Below are positions 47,430-57,272 of a stretch of DNA of 64,000 nucleotides, piece by piece. The translations under genes were made by a program, and so were the position numbers. The DNA is from Bdellovibrionota bacterium. Lineage in GTDB: Bacteria > Bdellovibrionota_G > JALEGL01 > DATDPG01. The stretch's first letter is position 1. The number at the start of each line of letters is the position of its first letter. The stretch lies in the NCBI GenBank assembly GCA_963668355.1, contig OY764265.1:1184001-1248000 (forward strand), in the 5' to 3' direction. The notes under the pieces are model-generated. The model was not told where the DNA came from. It saw nothing but the letters and a program-made list of their open reading frames with translations, and did not search any database.

Positions 47430-49031
47430 TCAGGAAGTCGCGTCGGCTGGTGCTATCCCCGTAGAAGTTTCTGCCGTAACCACGGCATCGGTCACCCCAG
47501 ACATCTCTCCCAGTTTTTCTTCGGAAAGTCGGCCGGAAGCCTGAAGTTGAACAGATTGAGCTTTTCCCGTTTCAACATCTTTTGCAGTCACGTTTAAGAT
47601 TCCGTTGGTGTCGACTTCAAACTGGACTGCTACGGACACGACGCCCGCGGGTGCGCGTCGCAAACCCGAAAGCGTGAATTGTCCGAGCAATTCGTTTTCT
47701 TCAGACTTTCTGGATTCCCCTTGGAATACACGAATATCTACAGAGGTCTGATGATCTTTGGTCGTGGTGAAGATCTTTGTGTGATCTGCGGGCACAGGCG
47801 TATTGATGTCAATGATGCGTTCGGTGAGACCTCCCCGAATTTCAATGCCCAAAGACAAAGGTGTGAGATCAATCAGAACGACATCTTTGGAAGTTCCGGC
47901 CAAGGCTGCCGCCTGAATCGCAGCTCCGGTTGCGACCACCTCGTCTGGGTTGATTCCGGCTTGTGCCTCGGATTGGAAGTAATGTTTGACGGCCTGAGCA
48001 ACGGCTGGAATTCGAGTGGGGCCCCCCACCAAAATGACACCTTCGATGTCGGACGTGGTCAAACGAGCCATTTGCATGGCTTCGTCACAGACCTTAAATG
48101 TTCTTTGAATCAAATCTTGGACGAGCTGATCAAATTGTGTTCGCGTAATTTCGATGTTCAAGTCGATAAAACCGCTGGAGTCAGCCGTAATGGCGGGAAT
48201 AAAGATTTGAGTACTTTCATTTTCGGTAAGATCCATCTTCGCTTTTTCGGCTGCCTCTTTAAGTTGTTGAAGCGCCTGACGGTCCTTTCTCAAATCAAAG
48301 TCATGGGTCGCAGCGAATTGTTCGGCGGCCCAATCCATGATTCGATCATCAAAATCATCACCCCCCAAATAAGTATCTCCCGAAGTGGAGACGACTTCGA
48401 AGACGTCATCACCTAGATCAAGCACCGAAACATCGAAGGTTCCTCCACCCAAATCATAGACGGCCACGCGTTGGCGAAGATCTTTTCCATATCCATAGGC
48501 CAGGGCGGCGGCGGTGGGTTCGTTGACAATTCGGAGAACTTCTAAGCCGGCAATTTTCCCAGCATCTTTCGTTGCGGCCCGCTGGTTGTCGTTAAAATAG
48601 GCGGGAACCGTGATGACGGCTTTGCGAAAGGTTTCACCGAAATACTCTTCCGCAATGGATTTCATTTTCTTCAGAATCATGGCGGAGATTTCTTGAAGGG
48701 AAAAGGATCGGTCTTGAATTTCGATGTTGACCGACTGATTCTCGCCTTCCGTAATTTCATACGGGCAAACTGCGCGAGCTTTTTTCACTTCGGCTGAAAA
48801 AAACTTTCGACCAATGAGTCGTTTGGCGGAACTGACAGTGTTTTCCGCGTCTTTGATGAGATAGGGCTTGGCTTCTTTTCCGACGAGAATTTTTCCATCG
48901 GGTCGAAAGTTTACGATGGACGGTTGGATGGTGACACCATCTTTGTCCGGAATGACCATGGGTTGGCCATCTACGGTTAATGCCACACAAGAAGTTGATG
49001 TTCCTAAATCTATGCCGAGTACTTTTTCCAC
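47430..49031 (-). CDS. Hsp70 (DnaK-family paralog) lacking the helical lid
   Basis: [40 protein letters not shown]; ends shortly after the beta substrate-binding domain (533 aa). Confidence 0.93.
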   Translation of the reverse strand: MEKVLGIDLGTSTSCVALTVDGQPMVIPDKDGVTIQPSIVNFRPDGKILVGKEAKPYLIKDAENTVSSAKRLIGRKFFSAEVKKARAVCPYEITEGENQSVNIEIQDRSFSLQEISAMILKKMKSIAEEYFGETFRKAVITVPAYFNDNQRAATKDAGKIAGLEVLRIVNEPTAAALAYGYGKDLRQRVAVYDLGGGTFDVSVLDLGDDVFEVVSTSGDTYLGGDDFDDRIMDWAAEQFAATHDFDLRKDRQALQQLKEAAEKAKMDLTENESTQIFIPAITADSSGFIDLNIEITRTQFDQLVQDLIQRTFKVCDEAMQMARLTTSDIEGVILVGGPTRIPAVAQAVKHYFQSEAQAGINPDEVVATGAAIQAAALAGTSKDVVLIDLTPLSLGIEIRGGLTERIIDINTPVPADHTKIFTTTKDHQTSVDIRVFQGESRKSEENELLGQFTLSGLRRAPAGVVSVAVQFEVDTNGILNVTAKDVETGKAQSVQLQASGRLSEEKLGEMSGVTDAVVTAETSTGIAPADATS

Positions 49032-49095
49032 AAGCGGCCCTCCAATTTCATGATGTTAGGGACTCGACCCGATTGAGACAAGAGATTCCTTTGAG

Positions 49096-49941
49096 CTATT
49101 CAAATGGAGGGAGAAGAGGTTTGTGTATGGCTTGGATATCGTGGAGCATTTCCTTATGCACAGATGGATTGGCTGCCAGGACTTCTCCGCACCACAGGTC
49201 GTCCAGCGGTTTTCCCTGAAACTCCGATACTTTTCCTCCGGCTTCTTCCACCAGCAAGGCTCCTGCGCACACATCCCAAGGAGAAAGCTTTAGTTCCCAA
49301 AAACCATCGAAACGTCCACAGGCTGTGTAAGCTAGATCGACCGCAGCCGCTCCCGCTCGACGCACACACATGGCGGCCATTTCAAAATGACAGAAGTAGT
49401 TCAGATTGTTCACGGGAGAATTTCGACGATCATAGGGAAACCCCGTGGCCAAGAGAGATTGATCCACAGAAGGAACCGAAGAGACAGAAATGGAACGGCC
49501 ATTTAGTCTCGCACCTTGTCCCTTATGGGCGACGAACCACTCATTGAGGAGTGGAACGTGAATCAAGCCGAACTTGGTGACCCCTTGGTCTCGAAATCCA
49601 ATGGAAACGGCAAAGAGAGGAAATCCGTGGGCGAAATTTGTCGTTCCATCCAGGGGGTCCACGACCCAAATGGGACCCTCCAGAGATTCTCCATGTCCCA
49701 AGGCCCCCTCTTCAGCCAAAATGTGATGATCGGGGAAATGGGTTTGCAAAATTTCGACGATGGCCTTTTGAGATTCTTCATCCGCTTTGGTGACTAAATC
49801 AATGGCGCCTTTGTGGCGAGCCACCAATCCGGACTCGTAGTAATTTTTAATGATCGCGGAAGCTTTTTCGGCTGCCTGGCGGGCCACCGATTCCAATTCG
49901 GAGGAGGAATATTGCGCGCTGTGTTGTTTTGTTAGGGTCAT
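49096..49941 (-). CDS. suhB: Inositol monophosphatase family protein
   Basis: DLVTKAD, AEE, WVVDPLDGTTNFAHG, TGFPYD, WDVCAG; start ATG 49941. Confidence 0.92.
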   Translation of the reverse strand: MTLTKQHSAQYSSSELESVARQAAEKASAIIKNYYESGLVARHKGAIDLVTKADEESQKAIVEILQTHFPDHHILAEEGALGHGESLEGPIWVVDPLDGTTNFAHGFPLFAVSIGFRDQGVTKFGLIHVPLLNEWFVAHKGQGARLNGRSISVSSVPSVDQSLLATGFPYDRRNSPVNNLNYFCHFEMAAMCVRRAGAAAVDLAYTACGRFDGFWELKLSPWDVCAGALLVEEAGGKVSEFQGKPLDDLWCGEVLAANPSVHKEMLHDIQAIHKPLLPPFE

Positions 49942-50062
49942 GCTTCGCCGAAAAGTATCACAACTGTGTTCGAAGTCGAATGAACATGGCGAAGATTCGC
50001 CAAGCGCGGTATAATATTTTTGGGTATCCGCTCCCACAAAATCAAAGACTAGAGGAATAGAT

Positions 50063-51898
50063 ATGGAACAAGAGCGCACACTTCCGAAATTTGAACTGGA
50101 TTCTTCGGATGATTCGATTTCTACAGAGGAAAAAGCCTATTTATTGGCGATTTCAGGACCCCATGCCGGGAATGTATTCGCCGTAGAGGAAGGGACCATG
50201 GTCGCGGGTCGCCACCCCAGTGCCGAAATATCTCTCAATGACAGTCAAGTTTCTCGAAAGCATGCCGAGTTTTCAAATCGTGGGGGGGCCATTCGGTTGA
50301 AAGATTTGGACAGCACCAACGGCACGTTCCTCAATGGAGACAAATTGGCCGATGACCATGAATTGGTGGATGGAGATGAAATCCAAATTGGCGCGACGTG
50401 TTTTCGTTTTTCAACACAGAACCCCATCGATGGTCACCGCTTGGGAATTCGAACCCATAGCTATTTTGAAGCTCGTGTGGCGGAGGAATTGGATCGAGCC
50501 GCGAGGTACAAAAGACCTCTTTCTTTATTGATGGTGTCGATCGATGCGCAGGGAGAGGCTTCAGGAGTGGAAGACGAGCACCTTAAGCGCGTGTATCCAA
50601 AGGCCGTCGAGTACATCAAGAAAATGATTCGGACCATGGATCTTCTGGCGCATTACGGAAAATTTCAGTTGGAGCTTCTTTTGCCTGAAACATCCAAAAA
50701 AGAAGCCCATCGCTTGGCGCAAAGAATCACTACGGATCGAATTTTGGATCGGCACATGCAATTTTCCGTGGGAATGGCCACGTTTCCGGAAGATGGGCGA
50801 AGCGGAGAAATTCTTTTGGAGCGTTCCCGGCAGGCGTTGAAGCTGGCCCGGCAAGATCCAAATGATCGCGTGGTTCACATGAAGGATGAAGTTCGCCGCA
50901 TCACCGTTTCCAATAAAGAAGTCATCATTAAGAGTGAGAAGATGGCGGAAATTTTTGAGTTGGCCGAGCGAATTGCCAAATCGACGATTTCGGTTCTCAT
51001 CCAAGGGGAAACGGGTGTGGGAAAAGAGGTGGTTGCGGAAGCCATTCATGCCAACAGTGAACGGGCCAAAAAACCATTGGTGTGCATCAACTGCGCGGCG
51101 TTGACGGAAACCCTCCTCGAAAGCGAACTATTCGGACATGAAAAAGGTTCGTTCACCGGAGCCGATCAATTGAAAGTTGGCTTATTTGAGTCAGCTTCTG
51201 GAGGAACCATTTTCTTGGATGAAATTGGTGAAATGCCCCAAAAAACGCAGGCGAAACTGCTTCGCGTTTTGCAATCCAAGCGCATCATGCGTGTGGGATC
51301 CAATCGAGAAATCGATACGGACGTTCGGGTCGTGGCCGCAACCAATCGAAAGTTGGAAGAGTTGGTGGCCAAAAACATTTTCCGAGAAGATCTTTATTAT
51401 CGTTTAAATGCGGCGACCATCACGGTTCCCCCCTTGCGGGAGCGAAAGGATGAAATTCCTTATTTGGTGGAATCGTTCATCGAAGAAATTTGCACCGAGA
51501 ATCGGTTTCCAAAAAAACAGATTTCCCCGGATGCCATGGACTCCTTGGTTCGCTACCAGTGGCCCGGAAACATTCGGGAGTTGAAAAACACCATCGAACG
51601 GGCCGTGGTGATTTCGGAAGGAGATACCATCTACCAGGACGCCCTCACGAGCAAATTGACGACAGACCTGGACTATTCAGAGCCCGTTTCTTCCAGATCC
51701 TCCGAAGGTGGAACGGCCAGGGTGGCAGCCACCGCCGTTGGAGACATCAAGGAAGTGGTGGCCGCTTACGAGCGCGACATCATCATCAATGCGCTCAAGC
51801 GAACGGAATGGAACCAAACCAAAGCGGCCGATTTGCTCAAAATCCCGCGAAGGACGCTCGTGTCAAAAATAAAAAAGTATGGAATTAAGAGGACTTAG
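50063..51898 (+). CDS. Sigma54-dependent activator: FHA + degenerate GGDEF + AAA+ + Fis HTH
   Basis: FHA GR..VSRKHA..STNGT; GGDEF-like EELDRAARYKRPLSLLMV..RTMD..YGKFQL; GETGVGKE, GSFTGA, FLDEIGE, WPGNIREL; NQTKAADLL. Confidence 0.92.
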   Translation: MEQERTLPKFELDSSDDSISTEEKAYLLAISGPHAGNVFAVEEGTMVAGRHPSAEISLNDSQVSRKHAEFSNRGGAIRLKDLDSTNGTFLNGDKLADDHELVDGDEIQIGATCFRFSTQNPIDGHRLGIRTHSYFEARVAEELDRAARYKRPLSLLMVSIDAQGEASGVEDEHLKRVYPKAVEYIKKMIRTMDLLAHYGKFQLELLLPETSKKEAHRLAQRITTDRILDRHMQFSVGMATFPEDGRSGEILLERSRQALKLARQDPNDRVVHMKDEVRRITVSNKEVIIKSEKMAEIFELAERIAKSTISVLIQGETGVGKEVVAEAIHANSERAKKPLVCINCAALTETLLESELFGHEKGSFTGADQLKVGLFESASGGTIFLDEIGEMPQKTQAKLLRVLQSKRIMRVGSNREIDTDVRVVAATNRKLEELVAKNIFREDLYYRLNAATITVPPLRERKDEIPYLVESFIEEICTENRFPKKQISPDAMDSLVRYQWPGNIRELKNTIERAVVISEGDTIYQDALTSKLTTDLDYSEPVSSRSSEGGTARVAATAVGDIKEVVAAYERDIIINALKRTEWNQTKAADLLKIPRRTLVSKIKKYGIKRT

Positions 51899-52001
51899 AC
51901 CACCTCTTGTTGACGGCACAAACACAAATAAAATAAAATATAAGTGTAAGTATCTTTTTTCATTGAGGGTTTGTGTGTAACCAAACGCTCAAGGAGGTGC
52001 C

Positions 52002-52607
52002 TTGTCTTTAGATAAAGGGTCTTTGCCAGAATTCTTTCGGGAGCGAATCCAAGATTTACTGGCTCGGCGGAACGTCGATCTTTCCGATTTGACGGAAGTC
52101 TATCTCGTCAACTTGTTGGTGGGGTTTTTGTATGCCAACAAACTGCACCAGACCAAGGAAGGGGAAGACCTGGATGAACCGTTGGCTCTGATTTATGCCC
52201 GAGCTTTAACGGCCGAATCGATCACCGAACAAATTTCGTTGCTTCGCCACATTGGAGATCGCTCACTCTATGTCTCGGGATTTTTTGCCGACAGCTTCAA
52301 TCGAAAAATCATTGATGTGGACTATTATATTTCCATTGGAACCCTGGCGTACAATGAAGCATCGAGCGTTTCACCCCATGGACAGGGGAATAAGGCGTTG
52401 CCTGCGGTGTTCAATGAGTTGGCTGAAAAATTTTCTCACCTGGTTGATTTATTGGCGGAAATTTCAGAAACCAGTGGCATTCACTCCAATTCAGATTTAC
52501 TGCGTTTGTATGAGCGCTGGTTGAAAACCAAAAGTCAGCGACTTTCGGAAATGCTACAGGAAGAAGGGATTCTTCCTATCGATGATTCTTCGGAGTGGAT
52601 TCATTGA
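52002..52607 (+). CDS. Conserved hypothetical protein
   Basis: EFFRE..EVYLVNLL, LRHIGDRSLYVSGFF, DLLRLYERW; AGGAGG SD before TTG. Confidence 0.8.
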   Translation: MSLDKGSLPEFFRERIQDLLARRNVDLSDLTEVYLVNLLVGFLYANKLHQTKEGEDLDEPLALIYARALTAESITEQISLLRHIGDRSLYVSGFFADSFNRKIIDVDYYISIGTLAYNEASSVSPHGQGNKALPAVFNELAEKFSHLVDLLAEISETSGIHSNSDLLRLYERWLKTKSQRLSEMLQEEGILPIDDSSEWIH

Positions 52608-53212
52608 AGCTGGAAAGCATACAACGACATCTGGAACATCTTTACCGTCTCATTCCCACGCCCTCTATTCAGCATTACCTCATTCATCCCGAGGAGTGGG
52701 CCCAGACAAACGCAAAGAAACCTTTAGGAGGGCCACAAGTTCTCATTGCGCAGCAGGGGGAGGATGTTCGTCTGGGGGTTCATTTGGGCAAAGAGGTCTT
52801 GGAACGCTTGGAGTCCAAAACCCCAAAGCAAGTTGACTTGCCTGCGCTCATGAGCGCGACGGAAGAAATCAGCCATTTCCTTTTTTTGGTTTGGAGTTTG
52901 CTCAACTCCAGGCCGGTGAGCTTGCTCGACATCGAAGTCCAGGGAGAAATTGATAAATTTCTTTTGGCCTCTGAACTCATTCCCAATCAACAAACCTTGT
53001 TGAATGTCCTTTTTGGACACCCAGATTATGACCCTTCCCTAAGTAAGACGGCCAAGGCTCGTTATGAAGAGGCCAACAAACTTGGAAGGAAGTTCTGTGC
53101 GTTTTTTATGAAAGCCCTGAAAAAGGATAACAAAGGCGATTCGCTTCGGCAGTTGCGAAATTTTTACCGAATGAACAGTCAAGCGCGGCTATCCCACATT
53201 TCGTTGTTGTAG
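52595..53212 (+). CDS. Conserved hypothetical protein, partner of the upstream gene
   Basis: EEISHF, VSLLDIEVQGEIDKF, RYEEAN, LRNFYR; overlaps upstream gene by 13 nt. Confidence 0.75.
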   Translation: MDSLKLESIQRHLEHLYRLIPTPSIQHYLIHPEEWAQTNAKKPLGGPQVLIAQQGEDVRLGVHLGKEVLERLESKTPKQVDLPALMSATEEISHFLFLVWSLLNSRPVSLLDIEVQGEIDKFLLASELIPNQQTLLNVLFGHPDYDPSLSKTAKARYEEANKLGRKFCAFFMKALKKDNKGDSLRQLRNFYRMNSQARLSHISLL

Positions 53213-53263
53213 GCTTAAAAAACTTGTCCTATGGTGAACACGTGTGATAGCGGAAAGAGGACG

Positions 53264-53620
53264 ATGAGCGATAAAAAACAAAATAAACGTCAGGCCAAGC
53301 GGGTTACCACGAAGCATTTGAAAGTTGATTGGGCTTCGGAAGGAAATTTCCTTTTCGAAAACGCAACCAATATCAGCGAACACGGGATCTTCATTGAAAC
53401 CAAGAAACCCATGGATCCGGGTACAAGGATCAACTTGCAATTCCAAGTTCCCGACACCTCGGAAAAATTAGAGGTGATGGGCGAAGTGATTTGGACCAAT
53501 CCAATGCGACCGGAAGCGGGAGAGAATCATAACCCTGGAATGGGCATTCGGTTTGTAAACCTTCGGGATATTGACCGAGAAACGATTCTGTCCTTGGTGA
53601 AGCGCCTGGCGGTTCTTTAG
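53264..53620 (+). CDS. PilZ-domain protein (TIGR02266-like)
   Basis: KRQAKR (RxxxR), NISEHGIFIET, GEVIW, PGMGIRF. Confidence 0.88.
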   Translation: MSDKKQNKRQAKRVTTKHLKVDWASEGNFLFENATNISEHGIFIETKKPMDPGTRINLQFQVPDTSEKLEVMGEVIWTNPMRPEAGENHNPGMGIRFVNLRDIDRETILSLVKRLAVL

Positions 53621-53623
53621 AGC

Positions 53624-54235
53624 CTAACGGAAGACTTGGTTTTCGGCCTTAATGACCTGACCGCCGCTTTCGATGAGCAGAGACCAACGCTCAAGGTTGC
53701 CCACCACATTTTTTGCGTAAAAGGCCAGGCCCACGCGCTTCTTGCTTTTGATGACCCGCACCCCTTTTTTGTGAATCTTTCTCCCTTTTCCTTGTGATTG
53801 GATTCGATTCATTTCTGCGTTTGTGAGCGAGGGAATATAGAGAGATCGGGGGGCGTTTAAACGGAGGAACACACGGGCGTACGTCGTGAAATCTTCTTGG
53901 CTCTTCAGGGAAAGCTGCTCCCCTTGAATCATTTGATTCCATCCGTTTAAATCTCGGGCTTCCAGAAGGTAGGGGGTCTCGTTTGAAGACAAGGCCACGG
54001 ACCAAATGGGAGAGGGAACCATGTCTAAGGTAGACACCGTAAACAACTGGTGTTTGCGAATGAGCTGGTTGGCCAATTCATTGATTATGGGAACCCCAAA
54101 AAACAAACAGTCTTTGCACTCGGGCGTGTTTTCCTTAACGGTCGAAAGGGCTCTGGAAAGATTGTCCGGAGCTGCCTGGACAGAGGACGCCAACAGAAAA
54201 GACAATATTAAACCGAAATGAAGTTTAGCGTTCAG
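53624..54235 (-). CDS. Hypothetical secreted protein
   Basis: ORF track starts at TTG 54205, but in-frame CTG 54235 has a GGAGG SD and completes a signal peptide ending SSVQA. Confidence 0.7.
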   Translation of the reverse strand: MNAKLHFGLILSFLLASSVQAAPDNLSRALSTVKENTPECKDCLFFGVPIINELANQLIRKHQLFTVSTLDMVPSPIWSVALSSNETPYLLEARDLNGWNQMIQGEQLSLKSQEDFTTYARVFLRLNAPRSLYIPSLTNAEMNRIQSQGKGRKIHKKGVRVIKSKKRVGLAFYAKNVVGNLERWSLLIESGGQVIKAENQVFR

Positions 54236-55565
54236 GGTGGGCCTCCATTCTGGAAAGAGCTTGAGTCAACTGGACCAGACGTTTGGATAAGGTCAGGGCC
54301 TCTTTTCGTTTTTCGTGCAAATGTTTTTGATTTCGTGGACTCAATGAACCAAATTCCAAACGAGAAATTTCATCATGAACGGCCCGATATTCCTTCAAAA
54401 GTTTTTGAGCGTCTTTTTGCCCCAAGCGCCAAGCATAGAGAACGCCGAGGGATAGCAGATAGCGAGCCTCCACGGGAGAGTTCAGCGTGGGATCCATGAA
54501 AAAACGATCTTTCTTGGCATCATAAATGACAGAGCTCTCGGGGTTTAAGGCTCTTAGTTGAGCAAAGGTGGTTACATCCACCACCGTTTTTTTCATTACA
54601 CGATCCACGAGCGCAAACATCTTGTCGTCCGAAGAATTTCGTCCTACCTGTCGGAAATTGCGTTGAGCCGCCACGAGGTAGGGGTCAACCACCTTCCCCA
54701 GAACATCTTCGCTTTGTCGAACCGCCGCTTGAAACAGTTCCAGGGTGGCAGTTTGGTTTTGTTTAAGAAGTTGAAAGGCCCCGTCCGGATTGGGTCCCTC
54801 ACCATAGTTTTCAAGGTCTTCCAAGAGAGAGTAATCCGTCTTTTTGCTGTATTTTCGAGATCGATCATAAAGCAAATCGGAGGACGCATTTCCCAACGAA
54901 CCTTTGTGTGGCATGGCCATGGCCATGGCCATGGCAATTTGGGTCATGGCGGCTCGCTGAGGGGAAGCTCCGGCTCGGTTCCCATTACAAGGATCCATCA
55001 TTTTGGCCAAACCGGCGGATGGGCCTAAGCCCCCAGCCAGTTTTCCTCCAGGATCTCCTTTGAGGATTTGATTCATTAAATGATTCCAACGGAGAGCGTT
55101 TCCGGCCTTGGAAAAATTCTCTTCGGAGATTTTGGCAGCATCGTCTTTTTCGATTTCGCTTTTTTTCTTTCGAGCCAACGTCGTGTCGAAGTTGCGCCCA
55201 AACTCTTGAGAAAAAATGACATTCACAATGTCTTCCACTGAAACGTTTTTGGCATTCGCCTTCCAAATGGGTTGGAAAGAAATATCCCCATCCAGCATTC
55301 GAGAAACCGTAACCCGACCGTCTTCCGAAAAAACGATGCGATAGGTTTTGGGGCCCAAGGCAAATCGAATGGTTTCAGTTTCAAAGCCCACATACTTCTT
55401 TCTCGAAATGGGTGCTTGAAAATCGTGGCGTCCGGTTTGTTCTGTGAACTGCTCAATTAATAGGCGGGACACGTCAGACGGAGAGGCCTTGGCAAAAGCC
55501 AAGGAAGGTAGCAGAAGGAGTAGAAAAATGACAAAGTGCACCATAAGCGTCGTTCTCCCCATCAT
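54225..55565 (-). CDS. Hypothetical secreted protein (446 aa)
   Basis: Signal peptide FVIFLLLLLPSLAFA; AGAGGTG upstream. Confidence 0.72.
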   Translation of the reverse strand: MMGRTTLMVHFVIFLLLLLPSLAFAKASPSDVSRLLIEQFTEQTGRHDFQAPISRKKYVGFETETIRFALGPKTYRIVFSEDGRVTVSRMLDGDISFQPIWKANAKNVSVEDIVNVIFSQEFGRNFDTTLARKKKSEIEKDDAAKISEENFSKAGNALRWNHLMNQILKGDPGGKLAGGLGPSAGLAKMMDPCNGNRAGASPQRAAMTQIAMAMAMAMPHKGSLGNASSDLLYDRSRKYSKKTDYSLLEDLENYGEGPNPDGAFQLLKQNQTATLELFQAAVRQSEDVLGKVVDPYLVAAQRNFRQVGRNSSDDKMFALVDRVMKKTVVDVTTFAQLRALNPESSVIYDAKKDRFFMDPTLNSPVEARYLLSLGVLYAWRLGQKDAQKLLKEYRAVHDEISRLEFGSLSPRNQKHLHEKRKEALTLSKRLVQLTQALSRMEAHPER

Positions 55566-55644
55566 AACACCTCTGGTAACACCTCAAAATGACTATAAAA
55601 AATTGATGACAACCGGCTGAAATCCCCGTAATCAAAGAGATACC

Positions 55645-55989
55645 TTGCGAAACAAAGAAAAACGAAAATATCCACGCATCGAAGCCAAAGTTCAGGTGGC
55701 CTTTCGGACTGTTGAAGACTTGGTGACGGAGTACACCAAGAACATCAGCAAGGGGGGCATCTTTTTAAAAACCGATAAAATGCTGGATCCAAATGCGGAA
55801 ATTGATTTGAAAATGATCTTTCCTGGAAGCTCCGGCGAATTCTCGGTAACCGGGAGGGTGGTTCGCGTAATGAGTGTGAGTCATCCAACGGACTTGTCCA
55901 AGCAAATCTATGGCGCGGGCATTCGCTTTATCGATCCGATTCCAGAGCTTTTACAGGCCATTGAGCGGATCATTGAAGCCCAGAAATAA
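55645..55989 (+). CDS. PilZ-domain protein (TIGR02266-like)
   Basis: KRKYPR, EYTKNISKGGIFLKT, GRVVR, GAGIRF. Confidence 0.88.
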   Translation: MRNKEKRKYPRIEAKVQVAFRTVEDLVTEYTKNISKGGIFLKTDKMLDPNAEIDLKMIFPGSSGEFSVTGRVVRVMSVSHPTDLSKQIYGAGIRFIDPIPELLQAIERIIEAQK

Positions 55990-56042
55990 TTTCGGCTTTT
56001 TAAGCAACGTTTCACCCCAAAATGTCCTGATTTGAGGGTAAG

Positions 56043-57272
56043 ATGGTGAACATGAGGGAGTTGGAATCCCATAGGCCTGCCTGGAGATCGATTTGGACGG
56101 TCATGTTTTTGGTCGTTTTTTTGGCAGGGGCTTTGGGAATCATTCGCTGGGCCTTGCTCACACAGCTACTGGTTCATACGGAAAACAGTGCGCGAAGACT
56201 CGCGAGCGAAATCGCTCAGGAAATGGCCGAGGGGAAACCGTTACAGGAATCTGTTTATCGAACCTTTGTGGCGTTAGAGCCCCGTACGGGATATGTGGCG
56301 GTAGCGAATTATCGTTCAGGATATCGTTCCGGAGTCATCAATTCACGGAGCCTGTATCAAGGCGCACAAGACATCGCAAAATACTTGGAAGAACATGGAA
56401 ATTCGGAAACCCTGGCGCGATTGGTTCGTCCCGATACGGGGTTTTCTCATGAATATTTAGATGTGGTTTCGGTAGTGTTTGTTCCTGGAAAAGGATCTCT
56501 GGATCGAACGCCCGTGGGAACACTAAAAATTGGTTATGTCATTCCGGGTTTTCCTTATGGACGAGGTTATTACAAGTTGTGGTGGTTTTCTGAGGTTGCC
56601 TTGGGGGCGATGTTCCTTTTGCTCTCTTTGGTGATCTTGGTGAGGGGGCTTCGGTCTTCGGCGGAAGAAGAGCGATCCATCATTCATGCGGTTCCCGCCC
56701 CGGATGATGATCTCGGGCTCTTGGATGAGGAAGAAGACGAGGAAACCACGGTGGAATTGGAAGAAGCCGATGGGGATTGGAGACGCATTTTCGATGGGGA
56801 AAGCACGAATCATTTTCGAACCAAGGGAAATTGGAAGGTCCTCAATGGCGCTTTGATTGGAGATCCTTGGGGAGCTTCGGCGGTATATGAAAAAGCCAAG
56901 AATTTGGACACGTACGCTTTCCGAGTTTTTGGACAAAAACTCGCGGGTCCGGATGGGTTTGTTGTGTTGTTTTCATGCAATCAAAAGCACTTGGCTTGGA
57001 TTTTGGGAGGTTGGCAGAACACCCGATCAGAGGTGGGAGGATACGAAAGCACACGGATTGAACATGAAGTAGAGACGCAATGTTGGTTTCAAGTTGAAAT
57101 CCAGGTGAAAAAGGAGACGGTGGAAGGAAGCATTGACGGTCAAATGGTTTGGTCCTTAAATCGATCAGAAATCACAGAGTCTTCTCCAGACGTGGGGTTT
57201 GAGAAAGGAGTTGGTGTTGCAACGTGGAGCACGATGGTCAAGTTCAAAGACCTTGAATTGCTTGAAGCATAG
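56043..57272 (+). CDS. Two-TM membrane protein with C-terminal DUF1080-like beta-sandwich
   Basis: Two hydrophobic helices, acidic linker, then WRRIFDG..W.V.NG..G..FKDLEL. Confidence 0.7.
   Translation: MVNMRELESHRPAWRSIWTVMFLVVFLAGALGIIRWALLTQLLVHTENSARRLASEIAQEMAEGKPLQESVYRTFVALEPRTGYVAVANYRSGYRSGVINSRSLYQGAQDIAKYLEEHGNSETLARLVRPDTGFSHEYLDVVSVVFVPGKGSLDRTPVGTLKIGYVIPGFPYGRGYYKLWWFSEVALGAMFLLLSLVILVRGLRSSAEEERSIIHAVPAPDDDLGLLDEEEDEETTVELEEADGDWRRIFDGESTNHFRTKGNWKVLNGALIGDPWGASAVYEKAKNLDTYAFRVFGQKLAGPDGFVVLFSCNQKHLAWILGGWQNTRSEVGGYESTRIEHEVETQCWFQVEIQVKKETVEGSIDGQMVWSLNRSEITESSPDVGFEKGVGVATWSTMVKFKDLELLEA

Noticed and set aside
47679..48416. Long antisense ORFs opposite Hsp70, clpB, gldG and the Fe-S gene
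   Set aside because: Typical shadow ORFs of conserved coding sequence
54912..54935. (CATGGC)4 tandem repeat encoding MAMAMAM
   Set aside because: In-frame hexamer, too short to suggest phase variation
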